Shown: positions 20,252 through 29,775 of the stretch, piece by piece | How the letters are laid out: each line of letters opens with the position of its first letter | Numbering within the stretch: the first letter of the stretch is position 1 | From: an archaeon | GTDB taxonomy: Archaea > Micrarchaeota > Micrarchaeia > Anstonellales > Bilamarchaeaceae | Length of the DNA stretch: 64,000 nucleotides | Assembly (NCBI GenBank): GCA_020053355.1 | Contig: JAGVNI010000007.1 | Coordinates: forward strand, 70,838-134,837 | Direction of reading: 5' to 3' | Position numbers and translations under genes: made by a program | The notes under the pieces: generated by a model | What the model was told of the DNA's origin: nothing | What the model saw: only the letters and a program-made list of their open reading frames with translations | Databases searched by the model: none

Positions 20252-21352
20252 ATGGCTGAATCTTTCGTCGGCATTGAAGTTGCCGTCATCGTTGTCACCG
20301 CGTCCATCGTCCTTGCCGGCATACTGGTCGGCCTCGGCCGGGCATTCGGCTTCAAGCGAATCGAGATGTTCGGGCTTGAGGAGCTGATACAGTCCATAAT
20401 CAACGCGGCAATCATAGGCTCCTTCGCCGCGGTAATCGAGCTTGTCGGCGTGATAAGCTCCTCGGTTGTCAGCGAGACGTGCTCCAAAGGCAACGTCATC
20501 ATGCAGCTTTCCTGCACCCTCGGCAACCTCAACGACGCCCTCTTCTCGCTCATGCAGGGGATGATTCAGCTCCTGAATATCGTCGGCTATTACCAGGACC
20601 TCGCCTTGGATTTCGGCGCGTTCTCGGTCTCCCCGTTTTCGAACCTCGCTTCCGTTTCCGGCGCACTTTCCCAGCAGCTCCTCAACATCAATACGTTGAT
20701 GATGCTGGTCGAATTGAACACCCAGATAGCGGCATTCATCGGGCAGAACGCCCTCGCCCTGCTGTTCCCTGTCGGGCTCGTCCTGCGCACGTTCTTCGCC
20801 ACAAGGAAAGTAGGGGGGTTCATGATAGCCCTCGCAATCGGCCTCTACGTCTTCTACCCGACTTTCATCCTCATCTTCCCGGACCCGGCGCCGGACATCA
20901 TGAACTCCACGATTCTGGTTGAGAACTTCACGAACAACAGCTTCTATGCGGCCGCCCCGGTGATAGACCTTAATGGCAACTACGCGATAGCAGGCAAACT
21001 CGACCTCCTAAGCGGTAGGTGCAACCCGGCCGACTACAACCTCTCGACCTGGATAGTTTTGGAAAACGGTACCAACGTCACCCACTCCACCAACGTCTCG
21101 AACACCACCACAATGTGCGACGACTACCTCATTTCGCAGAACTGGACCTCGAATGTCACAGCCAACCACACCATCGACATGAGCGGCGAATTGACGATGA
21201 TTCTCCAGTCTGACAGCAGCTCGCTCGCAAAATCCGCCCTGTATTCCGTCATCGCGCCCATCTTCTCGCTCGCAGTGACGTTCGTCTTCGTCCGGGAGCT
21301 TGCGAACATCCTGGGTAGCGAAATCGGCTTCAAGACAATCGCGAGCATATGA
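20252..21352 (+). CDS. Polytopic membrane protein with a densely N-glycosylated extracellular domain
   Basis: 366 aa with several TM helices. There are about 14 N-x-S/T sequons within roughly 120 aa, including NSTILVENFTNNS...NLSTWIVLENGTNVTHSTNVSNTTT...NWTSNVTANHT. Confidence 0.6.
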   Translation: MAESFVGIEVAVIVVTASIVLAGILVGLGRAFGFKRIEMFGLEELIQSIINAAIIGSFAAVIELVGVISSSVVSETCSKGNVIMQLSCTLGNLNDALFSLMQGMIQLLNIVGYYQDLALDFGAFSVSPFSNLASVSGALSQQLLNINTLMMLVELNTQIAAFIGQNALALLFPVGLVLRTFFATRKVGGFMIALAIGLYVFYPTFILIFPDPAPDIMNSTILVENFTNNSFYAAAPVIDLNGNYAIAGKLDLLSGRCNPADYNLSTWIVLENGTNVTHSTNVSNTTTMCDDYLISQNWTSNVTANHTIDMSGELTMILQSDSSSLAKSALYSVIAPIFSLAVTFVFVRELANILGSEIGFKTIASI

Positions 21353-21356
21353 TGGC

Positions 21357-21545
21357 ATGGCGATGCTTTCCCACAATCCCAACATCCTCTTTGCGACCGT
21401 CGCAGTCGTAGTCGCGTGGATTGTCATCTTCCAGCCGCTATCGAGGGCGTTTCCCGACCTGGGCCTCCTCTTCATCGGCCTCTGGCTCCTCTTCACCCTC
21501 GCCGCCTTTCTCTTCTTCCTGATGAGGATCTGGGGCCGCAAGTAA
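21357..21545 (+). CDS. Small 2-TM membrane protein (about 62 aa)
   Basis: MAMLSHNPNILFATVAVVVAWIVIF...LGLLFIGLWLLFTLAAFLFFLM. The start is chosen after the stop of the upstream gene. The listed ORF at 21300 overlaps the previous gene. Confidence 0.4.
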   Translation: MAMLSHNPNILFATVAVVVAWIVIFQPLSRAFPDLGLLFIGLWLLFTLAAFLFFLMRIWGRK

Positions 21546-21586
21546 TTGGATTCAGATTTTTAAACCATGCAATCGAAGGGATTTAC

Positions 21587-22369
21587 ATGTTCATGAACCG
21601 CGCCGTGACGGGCATCTCGCTTCTGGGCGGGCTTGTCGCAATCGTAATCTCCCTCCTTACAGGAAATCCGATAATGCCAATCGTCGCGGCTGTCTTCTTC
21701 TCCATGACGATGCTCCTCTGGAAATACGGGTATCTTATAATACCGTTTTTCACGAAAGCGACCAACATAATCGAGGTCCACGGCGGATACGAAGTCCCCC
21801 CGACCCGCGACTACATCATAAAGAAGGACGAGAACGGCTATTACGCGAGCAAGTTCCTCGAAATCCGCTTCTACGAGAGCTCGATGGACAAGAACACGGA
21901 AGAGAAGAAGACGATGTTCGATTCCTTCGAAAAGGCAATCAGCTCCCTCAAATACATCGTCAAGATATCGCTGATGATTAGCACCCTCGATTTGTCCAAG
22001 CACATAGATGAAATCAAGACCAAGCGCGGCAGCGTCGAAGCCAAGAAGGCGAAAGAGTCGAAAATCGCCGCGGACGAGAGCATGCGCATGGACAGGGAGC
22101 TTGCATACTGGAACCGCCTCCTGGACCGCATCACGCAGGGCGAGAGGCCGGTCGAAATCATCGCCTTCGCCACCACGACCGCATTCGGCCTCACAAGGGA
22201 CGAGGCCCTAAGCAGGGTGAGCAGGCAGGCCAAGGAACTGAAGACGATTCTTTCAAGCTCGCTTGGCTGCGATATCCGCGACCTCACTGATTTGGAGATG
22301 CTCCGCTGCTTCGAGTGGGACTTCTTCTTCCCGACCACGCAGGAGGAAATCAAGGACGCGTTGTTCTGA
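21587..22369 (+). CDS. Membrane-anchored protein (2 N-terminal TM helices plus a soluble domain)
   Basis: The start is taken at MFMNRAVTGISLLGG, in frame with the listed 21416 ORF, whose 5' part overlaps the small membrane gene. Confidence 0.5.
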   Translation: MFMNRAVTGISLLGGLVAIVISLLTGNPIMPIVAAVFFSMTMLLWKYGYLIIPFFTKATNIIEVHGGYEVPPTRDYIIKKDENGYYASKFLEIRFYESSMDKNTEEKKTMFDSFEKAISSLKYIVKISLMISTLDLSKHIDEIKTKRGSVEAKKAKESKIAADESMRMDRELAYWNRLLDRITQGERPVEIIAFATTTAFGLTRDEALSRVSRQAKELKTILSSSLGCDIRDLTDLEMLRCFEWDFFFPTTQEEIKDALF

Positions 22370-22451
22370 TTTCTCCGGAACCAAGTTTTATCCCGAACCC
22401 AAAACCCGAAACCGGGAACCGGAAACCCCAATCGCCAGACCGCCGTTCCTC

Positions 22452-22464
22452 CAGCCATTATATT
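22452..22464 (+). promoter_or_regulatory. TATA-like element upstream of the ATPase gene
   Basis: TTATATTTATATA lies about 50 nt upstream of the ATG at 22511. Confidence 0.3.
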
Positions 22465-22510
22465 TATATACCGCCCCGGCGATAGTTCTTACGTCTGAGG
22501 TAAGGCAACG

Positions 22511-24109
22511 ATGAAATCATCCTATATGCTCTCCAAGGAGGTCGCACGCAAGATGATTCTTGTGCATCCCCCGGAGCCGAGGAAAGAGCTTCTGCTTTCG
22601 CTCCCGACACAGGGCGTATATATCGGAAAGACGCGCTTTCTTAGGACGCCCGTCTTCTGGAACCCCGCAAAACTCATCAACCCGCACCTTGCGATAATCG
22701 GCATAACCGGCTCGGGCAAATCCTACACCGTGAAGACGTTCCTCACCCGCGCATCCATGATTTGGAACACGAACGCGGTCATATTGGACTGGGTGGGCGA
22801 ATACAACGAATGGGTGAGGCAGGCAGGCGGCCGCGTCATTAACCTGGCCAAGGAGCGCCTGAACATCCTCGACCTCGTCGGCCTCCCGAAAAGGAGCAGG
22901 ATAAAGCAGATTATCTCCGCCCTCGACATCCTACTCGACCTTAAAAGCTACCCGAACGAGCGCGACGACATAGAAGAGGCGCTCGAATTCGTCTATTACA
23001 AGGCGAATAGCGCAAAACCATCGCTCAAGGAGCAGGCCAAGGCGATGCGGGACGAGCAGAAGAAGATGCATAAGTTCAAGCTCAATAAAGAGGACGTCAA
23101 GGAGGCGCTCGGCGAACTGTGCGAAGGCGGAAGGTGCGAGAAGCCGACGCTTGCGCATGTCGTCCATATACTCGAACGCAATGGCAAGAAGAAGGCGGCG
23201 CGCCTAGTCAAGCGCTTCACGGCCGAAGGTTCGGATTTCTTCGCAGGCTCCTCGACGCTGAACATCAAGGACATAACGTCCAGCGGCCTGGTCGGCATCG
23301 ACCTGCACGACCTTCCGAGCGAGGAGATGCGCTCCCTTGCCGGCCTCACAATCCTGCAGTATATCAAGGAGCTGATGCGCGCCGAGGGCATGCAGAAGGA
23401 CAACAAGCATGTGCGCCTTTTCGTCGTGCTGGATGAGGCGTGGAAAATCGCCCAGGATGAGCGCTCGGACGTCATAACAATCGTCCGCGAAGGGCGCAAG
23501 TACAATTTTTCCTTGGTCATCGCCACGCAGAACCCCTCGGACATGCATAAGACGATTTTCAGCAACATCGGGACGGTGTTCGTCCTGCGCCTTATCCTAA
23601 AGGAGTATCGCGACTATGTCCGGAACTCAATCGGATATTCCGATTTCATCGACGGGGAGATATCCAAGTTCGGCGTGGGCGACGCCGCAGTCAACATGAT
23701 ATTCGCGGAAAGGCAGTCCCGCGTCATGACGTTCCTCATGGACAAGATTGACGGGGAAGAGCCATTGCTCATATACAAGATTCGGGGTGGAGAGATGATT
23801 GTCGAAATAGAGCGGGAGCAGTTCGTGCGGATGCTTTACGAGATAGGCCTCAACGAAAGCCAGCTCGGCCTGATTAAAAGCGAGTTCGAGCGCGGGGACG
23901 GCCTCCTCGACGGGGAACAGCTGGTTGCCGTTTTGGAGAAATTCGGCTACTCGAAGCCGTCCATAATCTCGTTCCTGCGCCAGTTGGGCATAGATGAGAA
24001 GAACCTCATCAAGGTCTTCTCGCTTGTCCGCATGCGCAAAGCCACAAAAGGCGTCGTGAACGTGGTCCTCGAGGACGGGGCGAACCCGCCATCCCTCAAG
24101 GGAATCTAA
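22511..24109 (+). CDS. VirB4/HerA/FtsK-superfamily ATPase (DUF87-type)
   Basis: Walker A (GITGSGKSYT), Walker B (LFVVLDEAW) and REGRKYNFSLVIATQNPSD, which is typical of DUF87, TraG-like and VirB4-like ATPases. Confidence 0.75.
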   Translation: MKSSYMLSKEVARKMILVHPPEPRKELLLSLPTQGVYIGKTRFLRTPVFWNPAKLINPHLAIIGITGSGKSYTVKTFLTRASMIWNTNAVILDWVGEYNEWVRQAGGRVINLAKERLNILDLVGLPKRSRIKQIISALDILLDLKSYPNERDDIEEALEFVYYKANSAKPSLKEQAKAMRDEQKKMHKFKLNKEDVKEALGELCEGGRCEKPTLAHVVHILERNGKKKAARLVKRFTAEGSDFFAGSSTLNIKDITSSGLVGIDLHDLPSEEMRSLAGLTILQYIKELMRAEGMQKDNKHVRLFVVLDEAWKIAQDERSDVITIVREGRKYNFSLVIATQNPSDMHKTIFSNIGTVFVLRLILKEYRDYVRNSIGYSDFIDGEISKFGVGDAAVNMIFAERQSRVMTFLMDKIDGEEPLLIYKIRGGEMIVEIEREQFVRMLYEIGLNESQLGLIKSEFERGDGLLDGEQLVAVLEKFGYSKPSIISFLRQLGIDEKNLIKVFSLVRMRKATKGVVNVVLEDGANPPSLKGI

Positions 24110-24126
24110 GCGGAGGTGGCACATAA

Positions 24127-24831
24127 ATGGCCGAAGAGAAAATCACGGTATCCGGAAAACAGAAGAAGCCGCTTAAAAGCCTGGCCACGCTGCTGAGCGG
24201 GCTCGGCTTCACAAGGATAACCTATGCCAAGAACGTGCTCTCTGTCGAGAAAATCAAGGGCACCGACCTCCAGGGCAAGCCGTACCTTGAATACCGCGTG
24301 GAATTCAAGGACGACACCATCGACTTCCTCTACAGCTTCTCAGCCAAAAGGAGCCGCATCGCCCGCCTTCTCGACCTTATGCCGACATTCCTGAACATAC
24401 TCCAGGTGGCCGAGGACTACTACGATGTCCGGCCGACCGGCATCTTCATGCACATCAACGCGCTTCTTTCCGAGACGTCCAAGATAATCGACCGCGACGC
24501 ACTCGAGTTTTCGACGCAGCTCTCCGAGCTCCAGGCGCGCTATACGGACATGAACGCCAAATACGACGACCTTGTCCGCTCGGGCGAGGCGAACACGCGG
24601 CTCCTCCTGGAGTGCGAAAGGAAGCGGGATGAGGTCCAGAAGAAACTGACCACGCTAAGCGGCATGGGGGACGACCTCCTGAAAGAGACCCTGTACAGCT
24701 GGATTAAGCTCCACGGCGGGACAATCGACGTCCGCGAATTCTCCAAGGCGCACACGGTCGCGGTCACAAGGGCCGAAGACGGCCTCAACATGCTGATACG
24801 CGAAGGCTACATCCGGAGGCGCTTCGAATGA
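24127..24831 (+). CDS. Hypothetical soluble protein with a probable C-terminal winged helix
   Basis: 234 aa, lying 18 nt after the ATPase gene. Its stop overlaps the next ATG. Confidence 0.5.
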   Translation: MAEEKITVSGKQKKPLKSLATLLSGLGFTRITYAKNVLSVEKIKGTDLQGKPYLEYRVEFKDDTIDFLYSFSAKRSRIARLLDLMPTFLNILQVAEDYYDVRPTGIFMHINALLSETSKIIDRDALEFSTQLSELQARYTDMNAKYDDLVRSGEANTRLLLECERKRDEVQKKLTTLSGMGDDLLKETLYSWIKLHGGTIDVREFSKAHTVAVTRAEDGLNMLIREGYIRRRFE

Positions 24832-25106
24832 GCCGGAAGAGGAAAAAGAAAGCGGGCGCATCCGCAGCAAGCCAATCACGTTCGAACGAAGCTGGAAACC
24901 GGAAACAGGAAACCGCGAACCCTGCGCAGGAAGCGGAAGGCGCGGGGCAGGAAGCCCCCATCACCCAGTACATCTTCACCTTCGAGCTGATCCGCCACTA
25001 TCCGACGGTGCGCTCGTTCATCGTGAAGCAGCCGCTCAAGCGCTCGTTCAAGGATACGGTGTCCGAGCTGTTCGGGGGCAACAAGAAAGGGGTTTACCGG
25101 ATATAA
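24828..25106 (+). CDS. Small basic protein (92 aa)
   Basis: ATGA overlap with the upstream gene. The N-terminus is Lys/Arg-rich. Confidence 0.4.
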   Translation: MSRKRKKKAGASAASQSRSNEAGNRKQETANPAQEAEGAGQEAPITQYIFTFELIRHYPTVRSFIVKQPLKRSFKDTVSELFGGNKKGVYRI

Positions 25107-25154
25107 CCGGCGCAATCCATTCAACTGCCATCACTCCAACCAGAGGGTTTTGAC

Positions 25155-25277
25155 ATGAAATCCGAAGGCATTCCCAAGATGGGGATATCGCGAACTGCGG
25201 TTCGCGAGCATGCTCATGGTCGATTCGTCGACCATGACATACAAAACCCCACTTGGCAAGACATGAGAGGGTTTTGA
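25155..25277 (+). CDS. 40-aa uORF upstream of purD
   Basis: It starts within an exact 18-nt copy (25143-25160) of the purD initiation context GAGGGTTTTGACATGAAA (25267-25284). It stops 1 nt before the purD ATG. Confidence 0.3.
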   Translation: MKSEGIPKMGISRTAVREHAHGRFVDHDIQNPTWQDMRGF

Positions 25278-25278
25278 C

Positions 25279-26583
25279 ATGAAAGTTCTTATCGTAGGCA
25301 ACGGGGCCAGGGAGCATGCGATAGCCGAGAAACTGGCTCAGGACTGCGAATTGTACGCCGTAATGTCCAAGAAGAACCCGGCAATCGCCCAGCTATCGAA
25401 AGAATACTGGATAAGCGACATCGAGAACGCCGAAGCGGTCGGCAAGGCGATTGCGGGCCGGGAGTTCGATTTGGGATTCGCCAGCCCGGACGCCACGCTG
25501 GCCGCGGGTGTCAGCGACATCCTGGCCAAATGCGGGATGCTTGTCGCATCCCCCTCAAAGGAAGCCGCGCGCATCGAGTGGGACAAGTCGTTCATGCGGA
25601 GCCTGCTTGAGCGGCATAAAATCCGCGGCTCGCCGAAACACGAGGTTGTCACAACCGTCGGGGACGCACGGAGGGTCGTCAAGGACCTGGGCATGGTCGC
25701 AATCAAGCCCCTTGGTCTGACCGGAGGCAAGGGCGTAAAAATCAGCGGCGACCACTTCAGCGAGATAGATGAGGGGATGGAGTACGCGAAATCGCTCATA
25801 GACAAGGACGGCAGCGTCCTTATCGAAGAGAAGCTCGTGGGGGAGGAATTCACGTTCCAGTGCTTTTCGGACGGCTCCCGGATTGCGACGATGCCGCCTG
25901 TGCAGGACCACAAGCGGGCATTTGAGAATGATTTGGGCCCGAACACCGGGGGGATGGGCTCGTATTCCTCAGGGGCCCGCCTGCCGTTCACCAAAGAGCA
26001 GGATATGGACGAGGCCAAGAAAATCCTCCAGGGCGTCATACATGCCATGAAAAAAGACGGCAACCCCTTCCGGGGCGTCCTGTACGGGCAGTTCATGGTC
26101 ACCGCGCACGGCGTGAAAATAATCGAGTTCAACGCCCGCTTCGGCGACCCGGAGGCCATGAACGTCATCTCGCTCCTCGAAGACTCGCTCACCAATGTCT
26201 TCCTCTCGATTGCCGAGGGGCAGCTGTCGAACCCGTCTTTCTCGGATGATTGCACCGTCGTCAAGTACATGGTGCCGCAAGGGTATCCGGACAAGCCGCT
26301 TAAGGATGCCGCCGTATCGATTGACGCTTCAGGCATCGAATCATCTGGCGCGAAGGTGTACTATGCGTCCGTTTACGAGGAGAAGGGGAAAATCCTGACT
26401 ACCGGCTCCCGGGCTTTCGGCGTGCTCGGGCGGGCGGGGAACCTGCAGGATGCCGAGCGGATTGCCGAGAAAGGCTGCTCATGCATAAGCGGGCCCGTAT
26501 GGCACCGGCCGGACATCGGGACGATGGGGCTAATCAGCAGGAAAGTGGAGCGCATGCGTTCCATCCGGGGCGAATCATCATGA
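25279..26583 (+). CDS. purD: Phosphoribosylamine--glycine ligase
   Basis: MKVLIVGNGAREHAIA... is the GARS N-terminal domain, followed by ATP-grasp and C-terminal domains. 434 aa. Confidence 0.9.
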   Translation: MKVLIVGNGAREHAIAEKLAQDCELYAVMSKKNPAIAQLSKEYWISDIENAEAVGKAIAGREFDLGFASPDATLAAGVSDILAKCGMLVASPSKEAARIEWDKSFMRSLLERHKIRGSPKHEVVTTVGDARRVVKDLGMVAIKPLGLTGGKGVKISGDHFSEIDEGMEYAKSLIDKDGSVLIEEKLVGEEFTFQCFSDGSRIATMPPVQDHKRAFENDLGPNTGGMGSYSSGARLPFTKEQDMDEAKKILQGVIHAMKKDGNPFRGVLYGQFMVTAHGVKIIEFNARFGDPEAMNVISLLEDSLTNVFLSIAEGQLSNPSFSDDCTVVKYMVPQGYPDKPLKDAAVSIDASGIESSGAKVYYASVYEEKGKILTTGSRAFGVLGRAGNLQDAERIAEKGCSCISGPVWHRPDIGTMGLISRKVERMRSIRGESS

Positions 26584-27815
26584 AAACCGGGATGCGCCTC
26601 GCGCTGGTCCTGCTGGCGCTCCTTTCCGCTTCATATGCCTCCAGTTTCGGGTTCTCCAGGATAACGCTTCACCGGACATGGGAGATAACGAGCGATGCGC
26701 CATTCGAATTCACCGGGGCGCTGGCTGTCAATGACAGCAACCAGAGGGTCGTATCGGTGACCACGGAGCCCGAAATGGAGCGCTTCGTTGACGACAACGG
26801 GACAATAATGCTCCGCTACATCGGCAACGGCACGATTACCCTGAAGGCCGATGCGACCGTCGACATCGATTACGACCCGCAGCTTTCGGGGGATCCTTCA
26901 GTGCCAGGCCAACCCCTTGAATCCACAGACCTCACCCAGGCAGATGAGGATATCATGCACCAGGCCCGGGAGCTTTCGCACGATGAATCCGCGCTCTCAA
27001 CCATCCGCGACATGGTCAACTGGGTGCATGGCAATGTGACTTACGACATCGGCTACTGGGGCAAGTCGAAATCCGCCATCGACGTGTTCCGGGAAAGGCG
27101 CGGCGTATGCGTGGAATACACCCACCTCCTCATATCGCTCGCCCGCAGCCTCGGCTTCCAGACGCGCTATGTGAGCGGCTATGTCTATTCGAACACATGG
27201 CAGCCCCATGCGTGGGCGGAGATTTACCTTCCGGGCCATGGCTGGCTCCCTGCGGATGCGACATTCGGTCAGGCCGGCGTCCTCGACAGCACCCATCTGG
27301 CAATCCGCAAAAGCGACGACCAGTCCGCATCCTACGACCTCCTCCTCTCGCAGGATGAGGACGTGGACATCCAGGCCCGGGACAGCCTTGAAGTGGGCTT
27401 CGAATCCGAGGACCCAAAAGGCGTCTCCATCGGCCTCCATATGGATGAGCAGACTTATGTGGCCGAAGTCGCGATAGCGAACAGCAGGCCTGATTATGTC
27501 CTCGGCTCGTTCTCGCTTGCGCTTCCGGACAATTTCGGGGGGGAGAAGACATCCGTGCTGCTGCTGCGGCCGAACGAGACGCTGCGGCTGTACCAGGGGC
27601 TGAACCACTCATTGTTCGCGGAGGGCTTTTACTACACCGTGCCAGTCTATGCCTCATTCAACGATGCGCAGGACGACGATACATTGACAGTCGACCGCTT
27701 CTCCCCGCCGGAAGACGACGGGAGCGGGACCGCGGCCGGCCAAAGCGGCTGCGCATCATCGCTTATCCTGCTTTGCGCCATATCCTTGGCCGCGTTTGCC
27801 GCTTGGAAGCTTTGA
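26580..27815 (+). CDS. Secreted, membrane-anchored transglutaminase-like cysteine protease-fold protein
   Basis: The start overlaps the purD stop (ATGA). It has a signal peptide and a C/H/D core (RGVCVEYTHL...HAWAEIY...DATF), with a C-terminal TM anchor. Confidence 0.65.
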   Translation: MKTGMRLALVLLALLSASYASSFGFSRITLHRTWEITSDAPFEFTGALAVNDSNQRVVSVTTEPEMERFVDDNGTIMLRYIGNGTITLKADATVDIDYDPQLSGDPSVPGQPLESTDLTQADEDIMHQARELSHDESALSTIRDMVNWVHGNVTYDIGYWGKSKSAIDVFRERRGVCVEYTHLLISLARSLGFQTRYVSGYVYSNTWQPHAWAEIYLPGHGWLPADATFGQAGVLDSTHLAIRKSDDQSASYDLLLSQDEDVDIQARDSLEVGFESEDPKGVSIGLHMDEQTYVAEVAIANSRPDYVLGSFSLALPDNFGGEKTSVLLLRPNETLRLYQGLNHSLFAEGFYYTVPVYASFNDAQDDDTLTVDRFSPPEDDGSGTAAGQSGCASSLILLCAISLAAFAAWKL

Positions 27816-27875
27816 CCCGGAAGATGGGCGGGCAATCCGCTGATTAAAAAAACACTTCCACGCATTCAAGAAGCC

Positions 27876-28949
27876 ATGGCGTTAGTCCATGTTGTCGGCG
27901 GAGGTCCTGCAGGCTCGATAGCCGCAATAAGCGCTCTTCGCAGCGGGCACGAAGCCGTGCTTTCCGAGGAGCATCCTGAGGCCGGCCTGCCGCGCAACTG
28001 CTCCGGCCTTTTCTCCAAAGACGGCCTGGCGACGCTGTCCCCCTTCATCGATTACCGCAAGCATGTCGTCAACCCGATCCGGGGCGCGCGCATCAATTTC
28101 GCAGGCACGGATTTTATCGTGCGGCGCAAGGCCCCCGTGGCATTCGTCTGCGACCGGGCGGGGATGGACAAAGAGCTGGCAGCAAAAGCCGAAGCCGAAG
28201 GGGCAAAAATCCGTTATGGCGAGCGCGTGCGCGCAACGTTCCACAGCAAAAATATCATCGGCGCGGACGGGCCGCTCTCGTCGGTGGCGCGGCATTTCGG
28301 TTTCCCGCCAATGACCCGCCACGCAGCCACGCTCCAGGCGCAAATCAAGTACAAGGCGGAAGACCCGCACATGATAGAGATGTTCCTCTCGGGCGAGCGC
28401 TTCCCCGGGTTTTTCGGGTGGGTAATCCCGCACGACGAGACGACCGCGGAATTCGGGGTGGGCGTCGAGTTGCCAAACCGGCCAGCCGCAGCCTGGAATC
28501 ATCTGCTGAGGATGAAAAGGATAACCGTTCCGCCAAATCCGAAGGGTTTTGTAATCCCCCTCAAACCGCGTTCCCGCACATCCATGCGAAAGTCGGGATT
28601 CAACGTACTCCTCGCCGGCGACGCCGCTGGACAGGTGAAATCCACGACGGGCGGGGGAGTCATCTTCGGCGGCAATTGCGCCGCCCTCGCCGGAAGGCAC
28701 GCACAATCCCCTGCCCGCTATGAATTCGAATGGCGGACGAGGTTCGGTCCTGACCTGGTCATGCATCGCGCCATACACCGCTTCATTTCATCCCGTTCCG
28801 ACGCCGCCCTCTCTTCCTTCGGGAGAAGGATTAAGAAACTGAATATCGATTCCTATCTGTCTGATCATGGCCATATGGACAGGCCTACGAAAATGCTGCG
28901 CCCGCAGCTTCTTGCGCACATGCTGAAAAACATCGCTGGCATTGCGTGA
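27876..28949 (+). CDS. Geranylgeranyl reductase family FAD-dependent oxidoreductase
   Basis: A dinucleotide-binding motif (VVGGGPAGS) and the overall GGR-like organisation. It sits next to GGGP synthase. Confidence 0.8.
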   Translation: MALVHVVGGGPAGSIAAISALRSGHEAVLSEEHPEAGLPRNCSGLFSKDGLATLSPFIDYRKHVVNPIRGARINFAGTDFIVRRKAPVAFVCDRAGMDKELAAKAEAEGAKIRYGERVRATFHSKNIIGADGPLSSVARHFGFPPMTRHAATLQAQIKYKAEDPHMIEMFLSGERFPGFFGWVIPHDETTAEFGVGVELPNRPAAAWNHLLRMKRITVPPNPKGFVIPLKPRSRTSMRKSGFNVLLAGDAAGQVKSTTGGGVIFGGNCAALAGRHAQSPARYEFEWRTRFGPDLVMHRAIHRFISSRSDAALSSFGRRIKKLNIDSYLSDHGHMDRPTKMLRPQLLAHMLKNIAGIA

Positions 28950-28973
28950 CGGTTTTTTATCGGAGGGATTTAT

Positions 28974-29747
28974 ATGGAAGGCAAGGTTGAACGCTACATC
29001 CATGAGGAACTATCAGCCCGGAAAGGCCTCCTCTTCGCTTTAATCGACCCGCTGGATTATAAGTCGGCGGCTGATGCCATCAAGACCGCCCGGAACGCGG
29101 ATGAGGGCGGGGCGGACATCATCCTGATAGGGGGCAGCACCGGCGTCCAGGGCGAGGTGCTGGATTCTGTCGCCAAGGAAATCAAGCAGGCGGTGTCGAA
29201 GCCCGTGGTCCTGTTCCCCGGCAACATCGGCACGCTCACGAAATACGCCGATGCGGTTTATTTCATGTCCATGCTCAATTCGCGCAACACCTATTGGATA
29301 AGCGAGGCGCAGGTCCTCGCGGCCCCGACTGTGCGGCACTACGGCATCGAGCCGCTTCCGGTCGCTTATGTCGTCGTAGAGCCAGGCGGCACGGTGGGCT
29401 GGGTGGGCGATGCGAAGAGAATCCCGCGTGACAAACCCAAGATTGCCGCAGCATTCGGCATGGCTGCCGAGTGCATGGGCTTCCGCTTCTTCATCACGGA
29501 TGTAGGAAGCAACCCAACGGACGGCCATATCCCCCTCGAGATGGTGAGCGCGGTGCGCTCGGCCATATCCATCCCCTACATCGCAGCAGGAGGGATACGG
29601 ACGCCTGAGCAGGCGAAAAACGTCATCAAGGCCGGGGCCGACATAATCCAGGTCGGGACCGCGTTCGAGAAGGAGAACTCCATCCAGAAAATCAAGGATA
29701 TGGTGAAAGCGGTCCGGGAAGGGGCAAAACTAAGGTCCAAACCATAG
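28974..29747 (+). CDS. Geranylgeranylglyceryl phosphate synthase (PcrB family)
   Basis: A TIM-barrel with IILIGGS and AAGGIRTPEQA motifs. 257 aa. Confidence 0.85.
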   Translation: MEGKVERYIHEELSARKGLLFALIDPLDYKSAADAIKTARNADEGGADIILIGGSTGVQGEVLDSVAKEIKQAVSKPVVLFPGNIGTLTKYADAVYFMSMLNSRNTYWISEAQVLAAPTVRHYGIEPLPVAYVVVEPGGTVGWVGDAKRIPRDKPKIAAAFGMAAECMGFRFFITDVGSNPTDGHIPLEMVSAVRSAISIPYIAAGGIRTPEQAKNVIKAGADIIQVGTAFEKENSIQKIKDMVKAVREGAKLRSKP

Positions 29748-29775
29748 TTGTTTCTCCGGCGCAACGGGCAAGATT

